A stretch of 33,489 bases of DNA, from the IMG/VR virus record IMGVR_UViG_3300037313_000454, positions 1 through 33,489 of that record; one strand, 5' to 3'. The notes under the pieces are model-generated. The model ran no database searches. It was given only the letters and a program-made list of their open reading frames with translations, and was not told the origin of the DNA. Position numbers and translations under genes: made by a program. This stretch comes from a virus. Lineage: Duplodnaviria; Heunggongvirae; Uroviricota; Caudoviricetes. Shown piece after piece: positions 1 through 6,010 of this stretch (position 1 is its first letter; every line of letters starts with the position of its first letter).

Positions 1-370
1 GGTAGACACTTATCCGATAGCTGTTTCTGTGCAGGTCAGGGACTCTTAGTTGCGTCCACGAAGGATAGTGGGTACTAAACACATTCCCCCCTTATGGTGG
101 CCGTTCCCGTTCGTGCGCCGTTTTAATCCACAGATGGGATACCGTAGGTAGTTGCTCCTTAGACAGACGGAGGGTTCCCTATGGCACAGTAGCTTAACCA
201 TTCATACACAGGTCAGCAGACTCATAGCGTAGCCATGAGAGTCTCGTAAGAGACTGGTCTATATGCACTTCCGCGACCATCCGGGAAGAGGACACTTGTC
301 GCGTGTGCCTATGTCCTAAGACATAGGTTGCATGAGCCGTAAGGCTCGGAATCAGTATGTGATAACTGAC
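1..370 (-). ncRNA. Putative large structured non-coding RNA (may continue beyond the window edge)
   Basis: No credible ORF. Hairpins at 221-239, 240-255, 308-327, 334-347 and 351-370. A G-U wobble closes the 221-239 stem only on the minus strand. A leftward promoter puts +1 at 370. Confidence 0.5.
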
Positions 371-376
371 GCGCTA

Positions 377-406
377 AAGGTAGCACGAAAGCGCGGGATT
401 TGTCAA
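377..406 (-). promoter_or_regulatory. sigma70-type promoter, weak -10
   Basis: TTGACA (406-401), 18 nt, TACCTT with an upstream TG. Same geometry as the promoter at 511-539. Confidence 0.45.
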
Positions 407-504
407 GGGGATTTTACAAGCATCGCGCACGGTCATCCCGTGCGACGCGCTTACCATCCCGCGCCGTGCCACCCGTAAGGGCAGCGTCAGTAACGCTCAC
501 TGAC
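391..504 (-). ncRNA. Putative short structured RNA or 5' part of the left-end RNA
   Basis: Starts with GUCAGU...ACUGAC hairpin, then GCUGCCC-UUAC-GGGUGGC (two G-U pairs on the minus strand), a 7-bp hairpin at 426-444, and a 9-bp inverted repeat 456-464/391-399. Confidence 0.4.
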
Positions 505-510
505 AATCCC

Positions 511-539
511 ATTATGCCGGAAAATCAGATTCTTGTCAA
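511..539 (-). promoter_or_regulatory. sigma70-type promoter
   Basis: TTGACA (539-534), 17 nt, CATAAT (516-511). Confidence 0.7.
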
Positions 540-569
540 GGGGTTTAAGAATCAATCACTTACAAGCCC

Positions 570-589
570 TCATCCACAGGTTTTCCACA
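570..589 (+). promoter_or_regulatory. Two tandem DnaA-box-like 9-mers
   Basis: TCATCCACA (570-578, one mismatch) and TTTTCCACA (581-589, matches TTWTNCACA). Confidence 0.4.
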
Positions 590-593
590 GGGC

Positions 594-684
594 TTACTAC
601 TTCGTCAATATACTAATTCGATATTGGCAAAGTAGTAAACTCCCCTGTGTATCATACAGACTACACAGGGGATAGGTGTTTACT
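594..684. repeat. Two large imperfect inverted repeats (cruciform or terminator-like)
   Basis: TTACTACTT 594-602 / AAGTAGTAA 630-638; TCCCCTGTGT 641-650 / ACACAGGGGA 663-672; AGTAAAC 634-640 / GTTTACT 678-684. Confidence 0.7.
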
Positions 685-1411
685 GACTTACCTTTTCGTA
701 AGCCTTACCGCGTTTGACCTCAGAGGCATAGGCCATAGGCTTTACTTGCTCGATAGTGGCGGGTCGATTCTTTGCCACTTCTCGCGCATTGAGTACTCGT
801 TTTGCGGCCCGTGTCACTCGCGCTTTGCCTGCCTTACTACCGTCATTGGCTAGCATGGCATTTTCTAGCAGCGTCTCTGCCGATGCTATCGCGCTAGGTG
901 CATGAGTCGATTGTGTACCGACTTGGAACATCGGGACGTTAGTTTCTAGACGTTCGCGGACTGTACCTCTGAGAGTGTGATCTGCATTGCGCACGTCTCT
1001 CATGCGGTAAGTATCCCGATACCGTCCCGTAATTGTCACACCCTTTGGAACTATTTTGTAACTGCCCTTGCGAGTCCGCACTTTCTTACCTCTTGAACCT
1101 GCATCGGATTCGACAAGGTTATGCATAACGCTAATCTTGCCGTGAGTTTCGCCGATGCTAACGAATCGCGCATCGTTCCAAGCTTCTTTACGCTTGAATG
1201 ACTTGCGCTCAGAGAACAGTCCAGCCGCGTCTAGCATCGGTTTGAGTTGTGTGTAGCTCATACCATCTTGCATCTGCTTGATTGCCGTGTAAGCAGTTTC
1301 ACGCGTTGCAATCAGGCGTTGACGTGCGATTAAGTCAGTCAGTTGTGCATTGCTCAGTTGCGCGTTGATTGTCTTTACTACTTGCCGAAGTTGCGTTTTC
1401 GTCATGTTCAT
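680..1411 (-). CDS. Basic hypothetical protein (243 aa), probable early gene
   Basis: Long ORF. Start placed at MNMTKTQ because AAAGGAG lies 5 nt upstream. Confidence 0.8.
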   Translation of the reverse strand: MNMTKTQLRQVVKTINAQLSNAQLTDLIARQRLIATRETAYTAIKQMQDGMSYTQLKPMLDAAGLFSERKSFKRKEAWNDARFVSIGETHGKISVMHNLVESDAGSRGKKVRTRKGSYKIVPKGVTITGRYRDTYRMRDVRNADHTLRGTVRERLETNVPMFQVGTQSTHAPSAIASAETLLENAMLANDGSKAGKARVTRAAKRVLNAREVAKNRPATIEQVKPMAYASEVKRGKAYEKVSQ

Positions 1412-1479
1412 ATTCGCTCCTTTGTGCGATTGGTTTGTGTTGAGGGTTTTTGTTGATCTGCTGTTCTGCATAGTGTGCA

Positions 1480-1923
1480 TTAGCTGCATACCGTCTCCAT
1501 CTGCGCGAAGTACATCTCCCGTTCCCTTGCCTCTGCTGGAGTCTCATACACGTCGATGCAAACGATGTGCTTATGGTCACAGTAAGCAAGTATTCCTGCC
1601 CGTTTGCCTGATGCCGTGTTGGTCATGCGGCAGTCACTAACTCTGACTTTCGTACCGTGGCACATAGGGCAATCATCCGCCCGGTACTGTTTCACTTCCC
1701 AACGTTCCCCCTTCTTCTGACAAGTCGGTTTGATACGCATAGCACGATTGACCATGGCCCGTTCTAGCGCGTCGATGCTCCTAGCAGTCCAGTCGGAATC
1801 GTCTGCCAGGTGATCTGCACTTTCGTCTACATCGGCGTCTAGGGTGTACATCGGGTCGACCGTCCGAAGTGTTGTGTTGTTGTCTCTGCTGTTGTCGAAC
1901 ATCATGCTTTCCAGTGTGTACAT
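1480..1923 (-). CDS. Hypothetical protein (147 aa) with acidic N-terminus and CPMCHG motif
   Basis: ORF with AAAGGA RBS and its own promoter at 1980-2007. Confidence 0.8.
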   Translation of the reverse strand: MYTLESMMFDNSRDNNTTLRTVDPMYTLDADVDESADHLADDSDWTARSIDALERAMVNRAMRIKPTCQKKGERWEVKQYRADDCPMCHGTKVRVSDCRMTNTASGKRAGILAYCDHKHIVCIDVYETPAEAREREMYFAQMETVCS

Positions 1924-1979
1924 ACTGTTGTCATCCTTTGTGTGTAGTCAGTCAGGCCATCGGCCCGACTGCTGTATCT

Positions 1980-2007
1980 ATTCTAGCTATCAGTATGTAT
2001 GTGTCAA
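1980..2007 (-). promoter_or_regulatory. sigma70-type promoter
   Basis: TTGACA, 16 nt, TAGAAT. The leader begins with a 10-bp hairpin. Confidence 0.65.
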
Positions 2008-2528
2008 ATATCACTAGACAATAACTCATACAATACAAATGACTTAACACTAATAAACTATCTGCTTTGTGTCGATCTGTAGTGTATCCATAGTCTATGG
2101 TCAGAGTGTGTCAGGGATGACACGGATTCAATGTGTTTAGGCTGTTGACCTTGTCGATAACGTACTAACTTCGTTATGTACATAGTGGTACACAGCTAAA
2201 TCGTTGAAAACACTGGGCTAACATGGTATGGCGCAGTGCGACTTGGACTGTCTACGTAGGTAGCCACGACCATTTTTTGTTATTTTCATCGTTGTCGAGG
2301 CATTTACTAAGCCTTTTATTATGTTTTGGATACAGTTTGCCTGCACATATGCAGTGCAGTGGAATTCCATGTGTGTGCACAAAGCTTCCGCAAAGTGGTA
2401 TTTTGATGCACAATAATGGTATTTTATTGTCAAGTGAATAGAGACACGTAGCCCTTATTTTCTATATTTTTCAGTGATTTACAGCGTTTGTAGAGGGATT
2501 TATAGCGTGTCGTACAGGGGTGGGCATG

Positions 2529-2584
2529 AAAAAAGGCTTCCAAGCCCTGTTTTCGACCTAAATCGTACACAGAGTTGGAAGCCT
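2529..2584 (-). terminator. Intrinsic terminator, possibly bidirectional
   Basis: AGGCTTCCAA/TTGGAAGCCT 10-bp stem with an inner stem, followed by a U6 tract on the minus strand. Confidence 0.75.
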
Positions 2585-2672
2585 GTTTTGGAGCGGTTCT
2601 CCGCTAAATTACATGAGGTTTCGTGGGACTTAGATGCACCCCTGCCCTAAGACCTTTCTACTCCCCCAGTGT
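2529..2672 (-). ncRNA. Putative ~145-nt small RNA
   Basis: Bounded by the promoter at 2679-2707 and the terminator above. The only ATG is immediately followed by TAA. Contains several stems. Confidence 0.5.
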
Positions 2673-2678
2673 GTAGAG

Positions 2679-2707
2679 AGGATAGCATGGGTGTGTCGCC
2701 ATGTCAA
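2679..2707 (-). promoter_or_regulatory. sigma70-type promoter
   Basis: TTGACA, 17 nt, TATCCT with an extended -10 TG. Confidence 0.7.
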
Positions 2708-2708
2708 G

Positions 2709-2819
2709 CTACTTTTGGAGGGGGATGGTATGGCCGCAGTGGACACAGAGAAGTCGGTTGCCGCTCTGTACCATCGGGATGACGAAACGGCATTTGGGGC
2801 AGTAGGTGGCTCGTTTCAT
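2709..2819 (-). CDS. Zinc-ribbon mini-protein (36 aa)
   Basis: MKRATYCPKC...CVHCG; ATGA overlap with the upstream gene; AGGAAGG RBS. Confidence 0.7.
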   Translation of the reverse strand: MKRATYCPKCRFVIPMVQSGNRLLCVHCGHTIPLQK

Positions 2820-3106
2820 GCGACCTTCCTGTGTTCGCGGAACTCTTGATGGAGGCGGGTTATGGCTTTGACGAGGACAGGTCGAGGGATTATATGACCG
2901 TTGCGTTCGTAGAAGGTGTTCACCGAGCGACGGGTCAGTTCCTCCCATGCACCCCGGTCAACGAGGTCGGCACAGGTCGGACAGGCTGCCCAATTTCCTG
3001 CGCTTATTTGCTCTACAATGACATTGGAGAAGGGTGCGGGGGCGGTGAAATCCGCCGTTGGATAGGACTTTACGACGTTGGAGTCGGAGCAGAAATCACA
3101 GAGCAT
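2816..3106 (-). CDS. Hypothetical metal-binding protein (96 aa)
   Basis: CDFC and CPTC pairs; protein-like composition. Confidence 0.8.
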   Translation of the reverse strand: MLCDFCSDSNVVKSYPTADFTAPAPFSNVIVEQISAGNWAACPTCADLVDRGAWEELTRRSVNTFYERNGHIIPRPVLVKAITRLHQEFREHRKVA

Positions 3107-3112
3107 AGCAGT

Positions 3113-3181
3113 TAAAAACCAAGGGATGGCTCAAGCTCCTAGGGGAACTACTCGAACCATCCCTCACACAAAGGACAACTG
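3113..3181 (-). ncRNA. Putative ~70-nt trans-acting sRNA with an anti-SD seed
   Basis: Promoter at 3188-3216, single-stranded UCCUUUGUGUG (3175-3165), long G-U-containing hairpin 3164-3122, U5 tract 3118-3114. Confidence 0.55.
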
Positions 3182-3187
3182 AAAACA

Positions 3188-3216
3188 ACTCTACTACAAC
3201 ACCACAATCTTGTCAA
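3188..3216 (-). promoter_or_regulatory. sigma70-type promoter
   Basis: TTGACA (overlaps the stop codon of 3213-3398), 17 nt, TAGAGT. Confidence 0.65.
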
Positions 3217-3398
3217 GCGGCGGCTGCAAAAATCATGGTGGTTGGTGAAGCTTTGCACAGTTTCACGTGTGCCATCTCCCATTGACGGCAGTGGGCGTCA
3301 TTGTCGCAGATGCAGGAAGCCCCACATACGTCGCAGATGTCGAGGATTTTTCCATCGGCCAGTAACTCACGGGTGAATCCAGTGTTCAGCTTAGTCAT
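3213..3398 (-). CDS. Cys/His-rich small protein (61 aa) ending in AAAA
   Basis: GGAG RBS before MTKLNTG; CDVC and CICDNDAHC motifs. Confidence 0.75.
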   Translation of the reverse strand: MTKLNTGFTRELLADGKILDICDVCGASCICDNDAHCRQWEMAHVKLCKASPTTMIFAAAA

Positions 3399-3428
3399 TT
3401 TGTAGCTCCGGTTGTGGCCCAATGAGCT

Positions 3429-3457
3429 ACTCTGACACAAATATCCTCAAATGTCAA
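3429..3457 (-). promoter_or_regulatory. sigma70-type promoter
   Basis: TTGACA, 17 nt, CAGAGT. Confidence 0.5.
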
Positions 3458-3480
3458 GGTGTTTTTAGTACATTAACTAG

Positions 3481-3636
3481 TTAGTTAATCTTGCAGCCGT
3501 TGTAAGGGTTTTTCTCGTCGTACTTACACTCGAACCCTTCGACCTTTAGAACTAGCTCGGCCAGTGGCATTTGGCGTCTACACCGCCAGCAGGTCGCCAG
3601 CGCTTCTTGTACTAGGTTATCGGACTGGCTTTGCAT
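3481..3636 (-). CDS. Small Cys-containing protein (51 aa), not in the ORF track
   Basis: Hand translation MQSQSDNLVQEALATCWRCRRQMPLAELVLKVEGFECKYDEKNPYNGCKIN; overlaps the upstream gene by 20 nt. Confidence 0.6.
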   Translation of the reverse strand: MQSQSDNLVQEALATCWRCRRQMPLAELVLKVEGFECKYDEKNPYNGCKIN

Positions 3637-3715
3637 TGGACGTGTTCAGCTTGGACTTCTTACCGCCAGCTTTCGGCCCTTTCTTCAAGGCAGGTTTCGT
3701 TACGTTCTTAGCCAT
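3617..3715 (-). CDS. Lys-rich basic peptide (32 aa), not in the ORF track
   Basis: MAKNVTKPALKKGPKAGGKKSKLNTSNAKPVR with a strong AGGAAAGGAG RBS 5 nt upstream. Confidence 0.7.
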   Translation of the reverse strand: MAKNVTKPALKKGPKAGGKKSKLNTSNAKPVR

Positions 3716-3728
3716 TGTTACTCCTTTC

Positions 3729-4091
3729 CTAATCTATTTTTTCTAGGTATACTTTTGCAATAGCGAATTTTCTATTCTTAGCAAATCCGAGCGCTTTGTA
3801 TAGTTCCATTGCTCTGTGGACGCCGGATACTGCATCGTGTGCCCCATCCACCAGTGTAGGATTACCATGTACATCTAACTCGGCTAGCCAATACTGATAT
3901 TCTACAATAATGGGTTGTAAAGCATAATCGGCGCGATTGTTGCAAAAAGTGCAAATCTCAAAGCTATTATACAAGTCACCCGCTACCTTCTTATGCAGCC
4001 ATCGCATCTTATCTAAACAAGAGGTACAAACTTGCTCGGGTGTTTGTATAGTAGTTTCGCCCGAAGGGGCAGCTTCGCCATTCTTAATCAT
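3729..4091 (-). CDS. Hypothetical protein (~120 aa) with two CxxC pairs
   Basis: CTSC and CTFC. Start ambiguous among ATGs at 4097/4094/4091. Confidence 0.75.
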   Translation of the reverse strand: MIKNGEAAPSGETTIQTPEQVCTSCLDKMRWLHKKVAGDLYNSFEICTFCNNRADYALQPIIVEYQYWLAELDVHGNPTLVDGAHDAVSGVHRAMELYKALGFAKNRKFAIAKVYLEKID

Positions 4092-4239
4092 CATCATGGG
4101 TACAGGTGACCAGATACCGCGCTTGTTCTAGTCCAGCAATGAAGCCTTTCTTGAACTCTTCGGTCACTAAGTTGTCGGTGTTCTTCTTACACCACATAAC
4201 TTCGCTATTGATTACTTGTAAAATCTTGTCTTTAATCAC
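4084..4239 (-). CDS. Small hypothetical protein (51 aa), not in the ORF track
   Basis: GTG start overlapping the upstream TGA; MIKDKILQVINSEVMWCKKN...FKKGFIAGLEQARYL; fills the gap exactly. Confidence 0.65.
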   Translation of the reverse strand: MIKDKILQVINSEVMWCKKNTDNLVTEEFKKGFIAGLEQARYLVTCTHDDD

Positions 4240-4499
4240 CAGCAGGTATCTCCGCTAGAAATTCGGCAGTTATCCCAGTCAAGGTCGAATGCGTGGTCTT
4301 TACCAAACTTCTTCTCGACGATTCCCTTGGCGAACTCAATCGCCCACACCTTGCGTTCTTCGTTAGTTTTGGCGTCACAGGCGTGGTCAAAGCTGAACCC
4401 TTCCCGACTGGATAAATATTCCCCATCAATCTCCACCCAATGACCGCAACACCCAGTGTCGCAGCCATAGCCACCGTGATATACAATTACTTTAGTCAT
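4236..4499 (-). CDS. Hypothetical protein (87 aa) with a GCDTGCCGH motif
   Basis: Start at MTKVIVYH overlaps the upstream stop (ATGACTAA). Confidence 0.75.
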   Translation of the reverse strand: MTKVIVYHGGYGCDTGCCGHWVEIDGEYLSSREGFSFDHACDAKTNEERKVWAIEFAKGIVEKKFGKDHAFDLDWDNCRISSGDTCW

Positions 4500-4635
4500 C
4501 ATCGTCCGTGGGCGGCAGGAATCCTGCACCGTGACAACGCAGACAATCAGCCTCATAAGGGGCGTCTACCGCCCATTTGATTTCATATCCGCGACCATGA
4601 CACTTAGGACAACGGCGTAGCTGCTCTTGCTGCAT
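4492..4635 (-). CDS. DnaJ-type zinc-finger mini-protein (47 aa), not in the ORF track
   Basis: CPKCHGRG and CLRCHGAG (two CxxCxGxG motifs); AGGAG RBS 7 nt upstream. Confidence 0.75.
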   Translation of the reverse strand: MQQEQLRRCPKCHGRGYEIKWAVDAPYEADCLRCHGAGFLPPTDDDD

Positions 4636-4864
4636 CGAAGAACTCCTGCGCTTTCTGCTGGTCAAAATTCGTTGGTTTTAGCTTGGCTCGGAACACGAAC
4701 TTACCGTTAATCTCGTCTACTTCCCCGACATACTTGTAGGCTTCCATAATCTCGGCGCGGGATAGTACTAGCGAAGGATTCTTCCTAGCCAAAGCAATGA
4801 GAGCAAGCTGGTATAGCTCACAGTCCTGCTTCTCCATCATCTGTTTAAAGTTTACGTCGCTCAT
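4604..4864 (-). CDS. Hypothetical protein (86 aa)
   Basis: ATGA-coupled to the methyltransferase gene. Confidence 0.75.
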   Translation of the reverse strand: MSDVNFKQMMEKQDCELYQLALIALARKNPSLVLSRAEIMEAYKYVGEVDEINGKFVFRAKLKPTNFDQQKAQEFFDAARAATPLS

Positions 4865-5493
4865 TTTTGGGCTGTAATCCAGAGGTAGCAGTTATCTACC
4901 TCGTCCTGTTCTATGACTTTAAGTCCGGTGTCCGTGAATTCTTGGGCGAAACTGTGAATGTCTGGGTAAAAATGGCCGTGGAAGTTAGCGAATCGACCCG
5001 GCGCGAACCCTTTGTGTGTCTGAATCCTACACATACCACCATCTCGTAATGTCCGCTTTATCTCTCGAATGTAATTCTGAATCATATCCCGGTAGGGAAT
5101 ATGCTGAAACACTATGACAGAATAGATGAACTCGAATGTATTGTCTCTATACGGGATGGTCTTACCATCGCAAACGGAGGTTAGACAGGCATCTTCCATA
5201 ACAGCTAGATATTCTTTGGACATGGCTACCATCTCAGCACTGATATCTACACCAAACACATAGTCAAAGTGCTTAGTCATAGCCTTCATCAAGCGTCCGA
5301 CGCCACAACCAATCTCAAGAGCGGTAGTAGCAGGAGCATATGTTTGAATACTCTTCACTTTGTCAGTGATTATGTCCGAGATAGTGCGCTGTGTGTAAGA
5401 ATCCCAGTCGTCAGCTTCTAGAATCTTGTCATGAGCCTCTTTAAAGCTCTTGGGTGACCAGAATTCCCGGTATTTTTGCTCGTCAGCGTTCAT
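4861..5493 (-). CDS. Class I SAM-dependent methyltransferase
   Basis: Motif I ALEIGCGVGRL, then GVDIS and VFQH; no DNA-MTase DPPY or PC motif seen. Confidence 0.9.
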   Translation of the reverse strand: MNADEQKYREFWSPKSFKEAHDKILEADDWDSYTQRTISDIITDKVKSIQTYAPATTALEIGCGVGRLMKAMTKHFDYVFGVDISAEMVAMSKEYLAVMEDACLTSVCDGKTIPYRDNTFEFIYSVIVFQHIPYRDMIQNYIREIKRTLRDGGMCRIQTHKGFAPGRFANFHGHFYPDIHSFAQEFTDTGLKVIEQDEVDNCYLWITAQK

Positions 5494-5903
5494 TTCTTCA
5501 GTTTTCGGTCGAGTGCTTCGTTTACAAGGCCGTCCGCGACCTTGTTTTGCTCTCGCGGGATGTGGATAATAGCAAATTCCTTGAAATTCAGCAGCAACTT
5601 GATGATTTTGTCGTACAAAACTCGGATTTTGGTGTCTTTAACCTCGTAAAGACCCTTCATCTGCTTTACCATTAGCTCAGAATCGGCGTAAACCAGCACT
5701 TTTTCCACGTCTTCTTCCTCAACCAACAGAGTCAAAGCGTGTAATAGAGCCGCATACTCAGCTTGGTTATTGGTAACCTTCGCGCCGATGTACTTCGAGC
5801 TATGGATTGTCTCTCCGTTGTCGAAACGGACGTATACACCAATGGCACCATGCCCCGGATTTCCCCGTGAGCCGCCATCAGTCCATACCTGTGCATTTTT
5901 CAT
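5490..5903 (-). CDS. rnhA: Ribonuclease HI
   Basis: WTDGGSRGNPG, TNNQAEY, DSELMVKQM, REQNKVAD catalytic motifs. Confidence 0.95.
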   Translation of the reverse strand: MKNAQVWTDGGSRGNPGHGAIGVYVRFDNGETIHSSKYIGAKVTNNQAEYAALLHALTLLVEEEDVEKVLVYADSELMVKQMKGLYEVKDTKIRVLYDKIIKLLLNFKEFAIIHIPREQNKVADGLVNEALDRKLKK

Positions 5904-5911
5904 TCTCTTGT

Positions 5912-5940
5912 ATTATACCATAACATATGGTAGTTGTCAA
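5912..5940 (-). promoter_or_regulatory. Consensus sigma70 promoter, near-leaderless mRNA
   Basis: TTGACA, 17 nt, TATAAT; ATG lies 8 nt after the -10 box. Confidence 0.85.
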
Positions 5941-5950
5941 GTACTTTCTA

Positions 5951-5987
5951 TAAAAATAAGGGCCAGCCCCCGATAGAACTGGCCCTT
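5951..5987 (-). terminator. Intrinsic terminator
   Basis: 12-bp stem AAGGGCCAGTTC/GGGCTGGCCCTT followed by ATTTTTAT. Confidence 0.8.
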
Positions 5988-6010
5988 TCAACGAAAGGAG
6001 ACAACAAGTG

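Noticed and set aside
366-394. Hammerhead-like CTGAC...GAAA on the plus strand
   Set aside because: Core is CUGACGC rather than CUGANGA, stem II does not abut GAAA, and the bases are explained by the leftward promoter.
400-853. Plus-strand ORFs 400-675 and 647-853
   Set aside because: No RBS, non-protein-like composition, overlap hairpins, promoters or the antisense gene.
2218-2441. Overlapping 71-72 aa ORFs on both strands
   Set aside because: No RBS or motifs; region is palindrome-rich and looks non-coding.
3505-3590. tRNA-like strings on the minus strand (GGCGGTGTAG ... AGGTCGAAGGGTTCGAGT)
   Set aside because: No acceptor or anticodon pairing; the segment reads as protein (LKVEGFECKY) in the 51-aa ORF 3481-3636.
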